A stretch of 64,000 nucleotides of DNA from the human T2T-CHM13v2.0 reference genome, Homo sapiens. The translations under genes and the position numbers were made by a program. This document shows positions 12,699 to 25,303 of the stretch, one piece after another. A model generated the notes under the pieces. It was not told the origin of the DNA and searched no databases. It saw nothing but the letters and a program-made list of their open reading frames with translations. The stretch's first letter is position 1; the number at the start of each line of letters is the position of its first letter. The stretch lies in NCBI RefSeq assembly GCF_009914755.1, contig NC_060931.1; one strand, 5' to 3'.

Positions 12699-15600
12699 GA
12701 GTTCTCAGTAACTTTTTTGTGTTGTGTGTATTCAACTCACAGAGTTGAACCTTGCTTTAGAGAGAGCAGATTTGAAACACTCTTGCTGTGGCATTTTCAG
12801 GTGGAGATTTCAAGCGATTTGAGGACAATTGCAGAAAAGGAAATATCTTCGTATAATAACCAGACAGAATCATTCTCAGAAAGTGCTTTGTGATGTGTGC
12901 GTTCAACTCACAGAGTTTAACCTTTCTTTTCATAGAGGAGTTTGGAAACACACTGTTTGTAAAGTCTACAATTGGATATATGGACCTGTTTGAGGCCTTC
13001 GTTGGAAACGGGATTTCTTCATTGAATGCTAGACGGAAGAATTCTCAGTAAATTCTTTGTGTTGTGTGCATTCAACTCACAGAGTGGAACGTCCCTTTAG
13101 ACAGAGCAGATTTGAAACACTCTTTTTGCGGAATTTGCAAGTGGAGATTTCTAGCCATTTGATGCCAACAGTAGAAAGGGAAATATCTTCAAATAAAAAC
13201 CAGACAGAATCATTCTCAGAAAATTCTTTGTGATGTGTGCGTTCAACTCACATAGTTTAACCTTTCTTTTCATAGAGCAGTTTGGAAACACTCTGTTTGT
13301 AAAGTCTGCAAGTGGATCTATGGACCGCATTGAGGCCTTCGTTGGAAACGGGATTTCTTCATTTCATGCTAGACAGAAGAATTCTCAGTAACTTCTTTGT
13401 GCTGTGTGTATTCAACTCACAGAGTGGAACGTCCCTTTACACAGAGCAGATTTGAAACACTCGTTTTGTGGAGTTTGCAAGTGGAGATTTCAAGCGATTT
13501 GATGCCAACAGTAGAAAAGGAAGTATCTTCAAATAAAAACTAGACAGAATCATTCTCAGAAACTACTTTGTGATGTGTGCCTTCAACTCACAGAGTTTAA
13601 CCTTTCTTTTCTTAGAGCAGCTTAGAAACACTCTGCTTGATATGTCTGCAAGTTGATATTTGGACCTCTTTGAGGCCTTCGTTGCAAACGGGGTTTCTTC
13701 CTTTAATGCTAGACTAAGAAGAGTTCTCAGTAACTTTTTTGTGTTGTGTGTATTCAACTCACAGAGTTGAACCTTGCTTTAGAGAGAGCAGATTTGAAAC
13801 ACTCTTGCTGTGGCATTTTCAGGTGGAGATTTCAAGCGATTTGAGGACAATTGCAGAAAAGGAAATATCTTCGTATAATAACCAGACAGAATCATTCTCA
13901 GAAAGTGCTTTGTGATGTGTGCGTTCAACTCACAGAGTTTAACCTTTCTTTTCATAGAGGAGTTTGGAAACACACTGTTTGTAAAGTCTGCAATTGGATA
14001 TATGGACCTGTTTGAGGCCTTCGTTGGAAACGGGATTTCTTCATTGAATGCTAGACGGAAGAATTCTCAGTAAATTCTTTGTGTTGTGTGCATTCAACTC
14101 ACAGAGTGGAACGTCCCTTTAGACAGAGCAGATTTGAAACACTTTTTGGCGGAATTTGCAAGTGGAGATTTCTAGCCATTTGATGCCAACAGTAGAAAGG
14201 GAAATATCTTCAAATAAAAACCAGACAGAATCATTCTCAGAAAATTCTTTGTGATGTGTGCGTTCAACTCACATAGTTTAACCTTTCTTTTCATAGAGCA
14301 GTTTGGAAACACTCTGTTTGTAAAGTCTGCAAGTGGATCTATGGACCGCATTGAGGCCTTCGTTGGAAACGGGATTTCTTCATTTCATGCTAGACAGAAG
14401 AATTCTCAGTAACTTCTTTGTGCTGTGTGTATTCAACTCACAGAGTGGAACGTCCCTTTACACAGAGCAGATTTGAAACACTCGTTTTGTGGAGTTTGCA
14501 AGTGGAGATTTCAAGCGATTTGATGCCAACAGTAGAAAAGGAAGTATCTTCAAATAAAAACTAGACAGAATCATTCTCAGAAACTACTTTGTGATGTGTG
14601 CCTTCAACTCACAGAGTTTAACCTTTCTTTTCTTAGAGCAGCTTAGAAACACTCTGCTTGTTATGTCTGCAAGTTGATATTTGGACCTCTTTGAGGCCTT
14701 CGTTGCAAACGGGGTTTCTTCCTTTAATGCTAGACTAAGAAGAGTTCTCAGTAACTTTTTTGTGTTGTGTGTATTCAACTCACAGAGTTGAACCTTGCTT
14801 TAGAGAGAGCAGATTTGAAACACTCTTGCTGTGGCATTTTCAGGTGGAGATTTCAAGCGATTTGAGGACAATTGCAGAAAAGGAAATATCTTCGTATAAT
14901 AACCAGACAGAATCATTCTCAGAAAGTGCTTTGTGATGTGTGCGTTCAACTCACAGAGTTTAACCTTTCGTTTCATAGAGGAGCTTGGAAACACACTGTT
15001 TGTAAAGTCTGCAATTGGATATATGGACCTGTTTGAGGCCTCCGTTGGAAACGGGATTTCTTCATTGAATGCTAGACGGAAGAATTCTCAGTAAATTCTT
15101 TGTGTTGTGTGCATTGAACTCACAGAGTGGAACGTCCCTTTAGACAGAGCAGATTTGAAACACTCTTTTTGCGGAATTTGCAAGTGGAGATTTCTAGCCA
15201 TTTGATGCCAACAGTATAAAGGGAAATATCTTCAAATAAAAACCAGACAGAATCATTCTCAGAAAATTCTTTGTGATGTGTGCGTTCAACTCACATAGTT
15301 TAACCTTTCTTTTCATAGAGCAGTTTGGAAACACTCTGTTTGTAAAGTCTGCAAGTGGATATATGGACCGCATTGAGGCCTTCGTTGGAAACGGGATTTC
15401 TTCATTTCATGCTAGACAGAAGAATTCTCAGTAACTTCTTTGTGCTGTGTGTATTCAACTCACAGAGTGGAACGTCCCTTTGCACAGAGCAGATTTGAAA
15501 CACTCTTTTTGTGGAGTTTGCAAGTGGAGATTTCAAGCGATTTGATGCCAACAGTAGAAAAGGAAATATCTTCAAATAAAAACTAGACAGAATCATTCTC

Positions 15601-17807
15601 AGAAACTACTTTGTGATGTGTGCCTTCAACTCACAGAGTTTAACCTTTCTTTTCTTAGAGCAGTTTAGAAACACTCTGCTTGTTATGTCTGCAAGTGGAT
15701 ATTTGGACCTCTTTGAGGCCTTCGTTGCAAACGGGGTTTCTTCCTTTAATGCTAGACTAAGAAGAGTTCTCAGTAACTTTTTTGTGTTGTGTGTATTCAA
15801 CTCACAGAGTTGAACCTTGCTTTAGAGAGAGCAGATTTGAAACACTCTTGCTGTGGCATTTTCAGGTGGAGATTTCAAGCGATTTGAGGACAATTGCAGA
15901 AAAGGAAATATCTTCGTATAATAACCAGACAGAATCATTCTCAGAAAGTGCTTTGTGATGTGTGCGTTCAACTCACAGAGTTTAACCTTTCTTTTCATAG
16001 AGGAGTTTGGAAACACACTGTTTGTAAAGTCTGCAATTGGATATATGGACCTGTTTGAGGCCTTCGTTGGAAACGGGATTTCTTCATTGAATGCTAGACG
16101 GAAGAATTCTCAGTAAATTCTTTGTGTTATGTGCATTCAACTCACAGAGTGGAACGTCCCTTTAGACAGAGCAGATTTGAAACACTCTTTTTGCGGAATT
16201 TGCAAGTGGAGATTTCTAGCCATTTGATGCCAACAGTAGAAAGGGAAATATCTTCAAATAAAAACCAGACAGAATCATTCTCAGAAAATTCTTTGTGATG
16301 TGTGCGTTCAACTCACATAGTTTAACCTTTCTTTTCATAGAGCAGTTTGGAAACACTCTGTTTGTAAACTCTGCAAGTGGATATATGGACCGCATTGAGG
16401 CCTTCGTTGGAAACGGGATTTCTTCATTTCATGCTAGACAGAAGAATTCTCAGTAACTTCTTTGTGCTGTGTGTATTCAACTCACAGAGTGGAACGTCCC
16501 TTTGCACAGAGCAGATTTGAAACACTCTTTTTGTGGAGTTTGAAAGTGGAGATTTCAAGCGATTTGATGCCAACAGTAGAAAAGGAAATATCTTCAAATA
16601 AAAACTAGACAGAATCATTCTCAGAAACTACTTTGTGATGTGTGCCTTCAACTCACAGAGTTTAACCTTTCTTTTCTTAGAGCAGTTTAGAAACACTCTG
16701 CTTGTTATGTCTGCAAGTTGATATTTGGACCTCTTTGAGGCCTTCGTTGCAAACGGGGTTTCTTCCTTTAATGCTAGACTAAGAAGAGTTCTCAGTAACT
16801 TTTTTGTGTTGTGTGTATTCAACTCACAGAGTTGAACCTTGCTTTAGAGAGAGCAGATTTGAAACACTCTTGCTGTGGCATTTTCAGGTGGAGATTTCAA
16901 GCGATTTGAGGACAATTGCAGAAAAGGAAATATCTTCGTATAATAACCAGACAGAATCATTCTCAGAAAGTGCTTTGTGATGTGTGCGTTCAACTCACAG
17001 AGTTTAACCTTTCTTTTCATAGAGGAGTTTGGAAACACACTGTTTGTAAAGTCTGCAATTGGATATATGGACCTGTTTGAGGCCTTCGTTGGAAACGGGA
17101 TTTCTTCATTGAATGCTAGACGGAAGAATTCTCAGTAAATTCTTTGTGTTGTGTGCATTCAACTCACAGAGTGGAACGTCCCTTTAGACAGAGCAGATTT
17201 GAAACACTCTTTTTGCGGAATTTGCAAGTGGAGATTTCTAGCCATTTGATGCCAACAGTAGAAAGGGAAATATCTTCAAATAAAAACCAGACAGAATCAT
17301 TCTCAGAAAATTCTTTGTGATGTGTGCGTTCAACTCACATAGTTTAACCTTTCTTTTCATAGAGCAGTTTGGAAACACTCTGTTTGTAAAGTCTGCAAGT
17401 GGATATATGGACCGCATTGAGGCCTTCGTTGGAAACGGGATTTCTTCCTTTCATGCTAGACAGAAGAATTCTCAGTAACTTCTTTGTGCTGTGTGTATTG
17501 AACTCACAGAGTGGAACGTCCCTTTACACAGAGCAGATTTGAAACACTCTTTTTGTGGAGTTTGCAAGTGGAGATTTCAAGCGATTTGATGCCAACAGTA
17601 GAAAAGGAAATATCTTCAAATAAAAACTAGACAGAATCATTCTCAGAAACTACTTTGTGATGTGTGCCTTCAACTCACAGAGTTTAACCTTTCTTTTCTT
17701 AGAGCAGTTTAGAAACACTCTGCTTGTTATGTCTGCAAGTGGATATTTGGACCTCTTTGAGGCCTTCGTTGCAAACGGGGTTTCTTCCTTTAATGCTAGA
17801 CTAAGAA

Positions 17808-18489
17808 GAGTTCTCAGTAACTTTTTTGTGTTGTGTGTATTCAACTCACAGAGTTGAACCTTGCTTTAGAGAGAGCAGATTTGAAACACTCTCGCTGTGG
17901 AAATTTCAGGTGGAGATTTCAAGCGATTTCAGGACAATTGCAGAAAAAGAAATATCTTCGTATAATAACCAGACAGAATCATTCTCAGAAAGTGCTTTGT
18001 GATGTGTGCGTTCAACTCACAGAGTTTAACCTTTCTTTTCATAGAGGAGCTTGGAAACACACTGTTTGTAAAGTCTGCAATTGGATATATGGACCGCATT
18101 GAGGCCTCCGTTGGAAACGGGATTTCTTCATTGAATGCTAGACGGAAGAATTCTCAGTAAATTCTTTGTGTTGTGTGCATTGAACTCACAGAGTGGAACG
18201 TCCCTTTACACAGAGCAGATTTGAAACACTCTTTTTGCGGAATTTGCAAGTGGAGATTTCTAGCCATTTGATGCCAACAGTAGAAAGGGAAATATCTTCA
18301 AATAAAAACCAGACAGAATCATTCTCAGAAAATTCTTCGTGATGTGTGCCTTCAACTCACAGAGTTTAACCTTTCTTTTCTTAGAGCAGTTTAGAAACAC
18401 TCTGCTTGTTATGTCTGCAAGTGGATATTTGCACCTCTTTGAGGCCTTCGTTGCAAACGGGGTTTTTTCCTTTAATGCTAGACTAAGAA
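17808..18489 (+). repeat. 4-mer HOR variant type 1
   Basis: Junction at 18335-18349; the 88 aa hybrid ORF signature appears at 18260. Confidence 0.9.
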
Positions 18490-21400
18490 AAGTTCTCAGT
18501 AACTTTTTTGTGTTGTGTGTATTCAACTCACAGAGTTGAACCTTGCTTTAGAGAGAGCAGATTTGAAACACTCTTGCTGTGGCATTTTCAGGTGGAGATT
18601 TCAAGCGATTTGAGGACAATTGCAGAAAAGGAAATATCTTCGTATAATAACCAGACAGAATCATTCTCAGAAAGTGCTTTGTGATGTGTGCGTTCAACTC
18701 ACAGAGTTTAACCTTTCTTTTCATAGAGGAGTTTGGAAACACACTGTTTGTAAAGTCTGCAATTGTATATATGGACCTGTTTGAGGCCTTCGTTGGAAAC
18801 GGGATTTCTTCATTGAATGCTAGACGGAAGAATTCTCAGTAAATTCTTTGTGTTGTGTGCATTCAACTCACAGAGTGGAACGTCCCTTTAGACAGAGCAG
18901 ATTTGAAACACTCTTTTTGCGGAATTTGCAAGTGGAGATTTCTAGCCATTTGATGCCAACAGTAGAAAGGGAAATATCTTCAAATAAAAACCAGACAGAA
19001 TCATTCTCAGAAAATTCTTTGTGATGTGTGCGTTCAACTCACATAGTTTAACCTTTCTTTTCATAGAGCAGTTTGGAAACACTCTGTTTGTAAAGTCTGC
19101 AAGTGGATCTATGGACCGCATTGAGGCCTTCGTTGGAAACGGGATTTCTTCATTTCATGCTAGACAGAAGAATTCTCAGTAACTTCTTTGTGCTGTGTGT
19201 ATTCAACTCACAGAGTGGAACGTCCCTTTACACAGAGCAGATTTGAAACACTCGTTTTGTGGAGTTTGCAAGTGGAGATTTCAAGCGATTTGATGCCAAC
19301 AGTAGAAAAGGAAGTATCTTCAAATAAAAACTAGACAGAATCATTCTCAGAAACTACTTTGTGATGTGTGCCTTCAACTCACAGAGTTTAACCTTTCTTT
19401 TCTTAGAGCAGCTTAGAAACACTCTGCTTGTTATGTCTGCAAGTTGATATTTGGACCTCTTTGAGGCCTTCGTTGCAAACGGGGTTTCTTCCTTTAATGC
19501 TAGACTAAGAAGAGTTCTCAGTAACTTTTTTGTGTTGTGTGTATTCAACTCACAGAGTTGAACCTTGCTTTAGAGAGAGCAGATTTGAAACACTCTTGCT
19601 GTGGCATTTTCAGGTGGAGATTTCAAGCGATTTGAGGACAATTGCAGAAAAGGAAATATCTTCGTATAATAACCAGACAGAATCATTCTCAGAAAGTGCT
19701 TTGTGATGTGTGCGTTCAACTCACAGAGTTTAACCTTTCTTTTCATAGAGGAGTTTGGAAACACACTGTTTGTAAAGTCTGCAATTGGATATATGGACCT
19801 GTTTGAGGCCTTCGTTGGAAACGGGATTTCTTCATTGAATGCTAGACGGAAGAATTCTCAGTAAATTCTTTGTGTTGTGTGCATTCAACTCACAGAGTGG
19901 AACGTCCCTTTAGACAGAGCAGATTTGAAACACTCTTTTTGCGGAATTTGCAAGTGGAGATTTCTAGCCATTTGATGCCAACAGTAGAAAGGGAAATATC
20001 TTCAAATAAAAACCAGACAGAATCATTCTCAGAAAATTCTTTGTGATGTGTGCGTTCAACTCACATAGTTTAACCTTTCTTTTCATAGAGCAGTTTGGAA
20101 ACACTCTGTTTGTAAAGTCTGCAAGTGGATATATGGACCGCATTGAGGCCTTCGTTGGAAACGGGATTTCTTCATTTCATGCTAGACAGAAGAATTCTCA
20201 GTAACTTCTTTGTGCTGTGTGTATTCAACTCACAGAGTGGAACGTCCCTTTGCACAGAGCAGATTTGAAACACTCTTTTTGTGGAGTTTGCAAGTGGAGA
20301 TTTCAAGCGATTTGATGCCAACAGTAGAAAAGGAAATATCTTCAAATAAAAACTAGACAGAATCATTCTCAGGAACTACTTTGTGATGTGTGCCTTCAAC
20401 TCACAGAGTTTAACCTTTCTTTTCTTAGAGCAGTTTAGAAACACTCTGCTTGTTATGTCTGCAAGTGGATATTTGGACCTCTTTGAGGCCTTCGTTGCAA
20501 ACGGGGTTTCTTCCTTTAATGCTAGACTAAGAAGAGTTCTCAGTAACTTTTTTGTGTTGTGTGTATTCAACTCACAGAGTTGAACCTTGCTTTAGAGAGA
20601 GCAGATTTGAAACACTCTTGCTGTGGAATTTTCAGGTGGAGATTTCAAGCGATTTGAGGACAATTGCAGAAAAGGAAATATCTTCGTATAATAACCAGAC
20701 AGAATCATTCTCAGAAAGTGCTTTGTGATGTGTGCGTTCAACTCACAGAGTTTAACCTTTCGTTTCATAGAGGAGCTTGGAAACACACTGTTTGTAAAGT
20801 CTGCAATTGGATATATGGACCTGTTTGAGGCCTCCGTTGGAAACGGGATTTCTTCATTGAATGCTAGACGGAAGAATTCTCAGTAAATTCTTTGTGTTGT
20901 GTGCATTGAACTCACAGAGTGGAACGTCCCTTTAGACAGAGCAGATTTGAAACACTCTTTTTGCGGAATTTGCAAGTGGAGATTTCTAGCCATTTGATGC
21001 CAACAGTAGAAAGGGAAATATCTTCAAATAAAAACCAGACAGAATCATTCTCAGAAAATTCTTTGTGATGTGTGCGTTCAACTCACATAGTTTAACTTTT
21101 CTTTTCATAGAGCAGTTTGGAAACACTCTGTTTGTAAAGTCTGCAAGTGGATATATGGACCGCATTGAGGCCTTCGTTGGAAACGGGATTTCTTCATTTC
21201 ATGCTAGACAGAAGAATTCTCAGTAACTTCTTTGTGCTGTGTGTATTCAACTCACAGAGTGGAACGTCCCTTTGCACAGAGCAGATTTGAAACACTCTTT
21301 TTGTGGAGTTTGCAAGTGGAGATTTCAAGCGATTTGATGCCAACAGTAGAAAAGGAAATATCTTCAAATAAAAACTAGACAGAATCATTCTCAGAAACTA

Positions 21401-24400
21401 CTTTGTGATGTGTGCCTTCAACTCACAGAGTTTAACCTTTCTTTTCTTAGAGCAGTTTAGAAACACTCTGCTTGTTATGTCTGCAAGTGGATATTTGGAC
21501 CTCTTTGAGGCCTTCGTTGCAAACGGGGTTTCTTCCTTTAATGCTAGACTAAGAAGAGTTCTCAGTAACTTTTTTGTGTTGTGTGTATTCAACTCACAGA
21601 GTTGAACCTTGCTTTAGAGAGAGCAGATTTGAAACACTCTTGCTGTGGCATTTTCAGGTGGAGATTTCAAGCGATTTGAGGACAATTGCAGAAAAGGAAA
21701 TATCTTCGTATAATAACCAGACAGAATCATTCTCAGAAAGTGCTTTGTGATGTGTGCGTTCAACTCACAGAGTTTAACCTTTCTTTTCATAGAGGAGTTT
21801 GGAAACACACTGTTTGTAAAGTCTGCAATTGGATATATGGACCTGTTTGAGGCCTTCGTTGGAAACGGGATTTCTTCATTGAATGCTAGACGGAAGAATT
21901 CTCAGTAAATTCTTTGTGTTGTGTGCATTCAACTCACAGAGTGGAACGTCCCTTTAGACAGAGCAGATTTGAAACACTCTTTTTGCGGAATTTGCAAGTG
22001 GAGATTTCTAGCCATTTGATGCCAACAGTAGAAAGGGAAATATCTTCAAATAAAAACCAGACAGAATCATTCTCAGAAAATTCTTTGTGATGTGTGCGTT
22101 CAACTCACATAGTTTAACCTTTCTTTTCATAGAGCAGTTTGGAAACACTCTGTTTGTAAAGTCTGCAAGTGGATATATGGACCGCATTGAGGCCTTCGTT
22201 GGAAACGGGATTTCTTCATTTCATGCTAGACAGAAGAATTCTCAGTAACTTCTTTGTGCTGTGTGTATTCAACTCACAGAGTGGAACGTCCCTTTGCACA
22301 GAGCAGATTTGAAACACTCTTTTTGTGGAGTTTGAAAGTGGAGATTTCAAGCGATTTGATGCCAACAGTAGAAAAGGAAATATCTTCAAATAAAAACTAG
22401 ACAGAATCATTCTCAGAAACTACTTTGTGATGTGTGCCTTCAACTCACAGAGTTTAACCTTTCTTTTCTTAGAGCAGTTTAGAAACACTCTGCTTGTTAT
22501 GTCTGCAAGTGGATATTTGGACCTCTTTGAGGCCTTCGTTGCAAACGGGGTTTCTTCCTTTCATGCTAGACTAAGAAGAGTTCTCAGTAACTTTTTTGTG
22601 TTGTGTGTATTCAACTCACAGAGTTGAACCTTGCTTTAGAGAGAGCAGATTTGAAACACTCTTGCTGTGGCATTTTCAGGTGGAGATTTCAAGCGATTTG
22701 AGGACAATTGCAGAAAAGGAAATATCTTCGTATAATAACCAGACAGAATCATTCTCAGAAAGTGCTTTGTGATGTGTGCGTTCAACTCACAGAGTTTAAC
22801 CTTTCTTTTCATAGAGGAGTTTGGAAACACACTGTTTGTAAAGTCTGCAATTGGATATATGGACCTGTTTGAGGCCTTCGTTGGAAACGGGATTTCTTCA
22901 TTGAATGCTAGACGGAAGAATTCTCAGTAAATTCTTTGTGTTGTGTGCATTCAACTCACAGAGTGGAACGTCCCTTTAGACAGAGCAGATTTGAAACACT
23001 CTTTTTGCGGAATTTGCAAGTGGAGATTTCTAGCCATTTGATGCCAACAGTAGAAAGGGAAATATCTTCAAATAAAAACCAGACAGAATCATTCTCAGAA
23101 AATTCTTTGTGATGTGTGCGTTCAACTCACATAGTTTAACCTTTCTTTTCATAGAGCAGTTTGGAAACACTCTGTTTGTAAAGTCTGCAAGTGGATCTAT
23201 GGACCGCATTGAGGCCTTCGTTGGAAACGGGATTTCTTCCTTTCATGCTAGACAGAAGAATTCTCAGTAACTTCTTTGTGCTGTGTGTATTCAACTCACA
23301 GAGTGGAACGTCCCTTTACACAGAGCAGATTTGAAACACTCTTTTTGTGGAGTTTGCAAGTGGAGATTTCAAGCGATTTGATGCCAACAGTAGAAAATGA
23401 AATATCTTCAAATAAAAACTAGACAGAATCATTCTCAGAAACTACTTTGTGATGTGTGCCTTCAACTCACAGAGTTTAACCTTTCTTTTCTTAGAGCAGT
23501 TTAGAAACACTCTGCTTGTTATGTCTGCAAGTGGATATTTGGACCTCTTTGAGGCCTTCGTTGCAAACGGGGTTTCTTCCTTTAATGCTAGACTAAGAAG
23601 AGTTCTCAGTAACTTTTTTGTGTTGTGTGTATTCAACTCACAGAGTTGAACCTTGCTTTAGAGAGAGCAGATTTGAAACACTCTCGCTGTGGAATTTTCA
23701 GGTGGAGATTTCAAGCGATTTGAGGACAATTGCAGAAAAGGAAATATCTTCGTATAATAAACAGACAGAATCATTCTCAGAAAGTGCTTTGTGATGTGTG
23801 CGTTCAACTCACAGAGTTTAACCATTCTTTTCATAGAGGAGCTTGGAAACACACTGTTTGTAAAGTCTGCAATTGGATATATGGACCTGTTTGCGGCCTC
23901 CGTTGGAAACGGGATTTCTTCATTGAATGCTAGACGGAAGAATTCTCAGTAAATTCTTTGTGTTGTGTGCATTGAACTCACAGAGTGGAACGTCCCTTTA
24001 GACAGAGCAGATTTGAAACACTCTTTTTGCGGAATTTGCAAGTGGAGATTTCTAGCCATTTGATGCCAACAGTAGAAAGGGAAATATCTTCAAATAAAAA
24101 CCAGACAGAATCATTCTCAGAAAATTCTTTGTGATGTGTGCGTTCAACTCACATAGTTTAACCTTTCTTTTCATAGAGCAGTTTGGAAACACTCTGTTTG
24201 TAAAGTCTGCAAGTGGATATATGGACCGCATTGAGGCCTTCGTTGGAAACGGGATTTCTTCATTTCATGCTAGACAGAAGAATTCTCAGTAACTTCTTTG
24301 TGCTGTGTGTATTCAACTCACAGAGTGGAACGTCCCTTTGCACAGAGCAGATTTGAAACACTCTTTTTGTGGAGTTTGCAAGTGGAGATTTCAAGCGATT

Positions 24401-24621
24401 TGATGCCAACAGTAGAAAAGGAAATATCTTCAAATAAAAACTAGACAGAATCATTCTCAGAAACTACTTTGTGATGTGTGCCTTCAACTCACAGAGTTTA
24501 ACCTTTCTTTTCTTAGAGCAGTTTAGAAACACTCTGCTTGTTATGTCTGCAAGTGGATATTTGGACCTCTTTGAGGCCTTCGTTGCAAACGGGGTTTCTT
24601 CCTTTAATGCTAGACTAAGAA

Positions 24622-25303
24622 GAGTTCTCAGCAACTTTTTTGTGTTGTGTGTATTCAACTCAAAGAGTTGAACCTTGCTTTAGAGAGAGCAGATTTGAAA
24701 CACTCTTGCTGTGGAATTTTCAGGTGGAGATTTCAAGCGATTTGAGGACAATTGCAGAAAAAGAAATATCTTCGTATAATAACCAGACAGAATCATTCTC
24801 AGAAAGTGCTTTGTGATGTGTGCGTTCAACTCACAGAGTTTAACCTTTCTTTTCATAGAGGAGCTTGGAAACACACTGTTTGTAAAGTCTGCAATTGGAT
24901 ATATGGACCTGTTTGAGGCCTCCGTTGGAAACGGGATTTCTTCATTGAATGCTAGACGGAAGAATTCTCAGTAAATTCTTTGTGTTGTGTGCATTGAACT
25001 CACAGAGTGGAACGTCCCTTTACACAGAGCAGATTTGAAACACTCTTTTTGCGGAATTTGCAAGTGGAGATTTCTAGCCATTTGATGCCAACAGTAGAAA
25101 GGGAAATATCTTCAAATAAAAACCAGACAGAATCATTCTCAGAAAATTCTTTGTGATGTGTGCCTTCAACTCACAGAGTTTAACCTTTCTTTTCTTAGAG
25201 CAGTTTAGAAACACTCTGCTTGTTATGTCTGCAAGTGGATATTTGGACCTCTTTGAGGCCTTCGTTGCAAACGGGGTTTTTTCCTTTAATGCTAGACTAA
25301 GAA
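24622..25303 (+). repeat. 4-mer HOR variant type 1
   Basis: 682 bp spacing (24680 to 25362); junction at 25149-25163. Confidence 0.92.
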
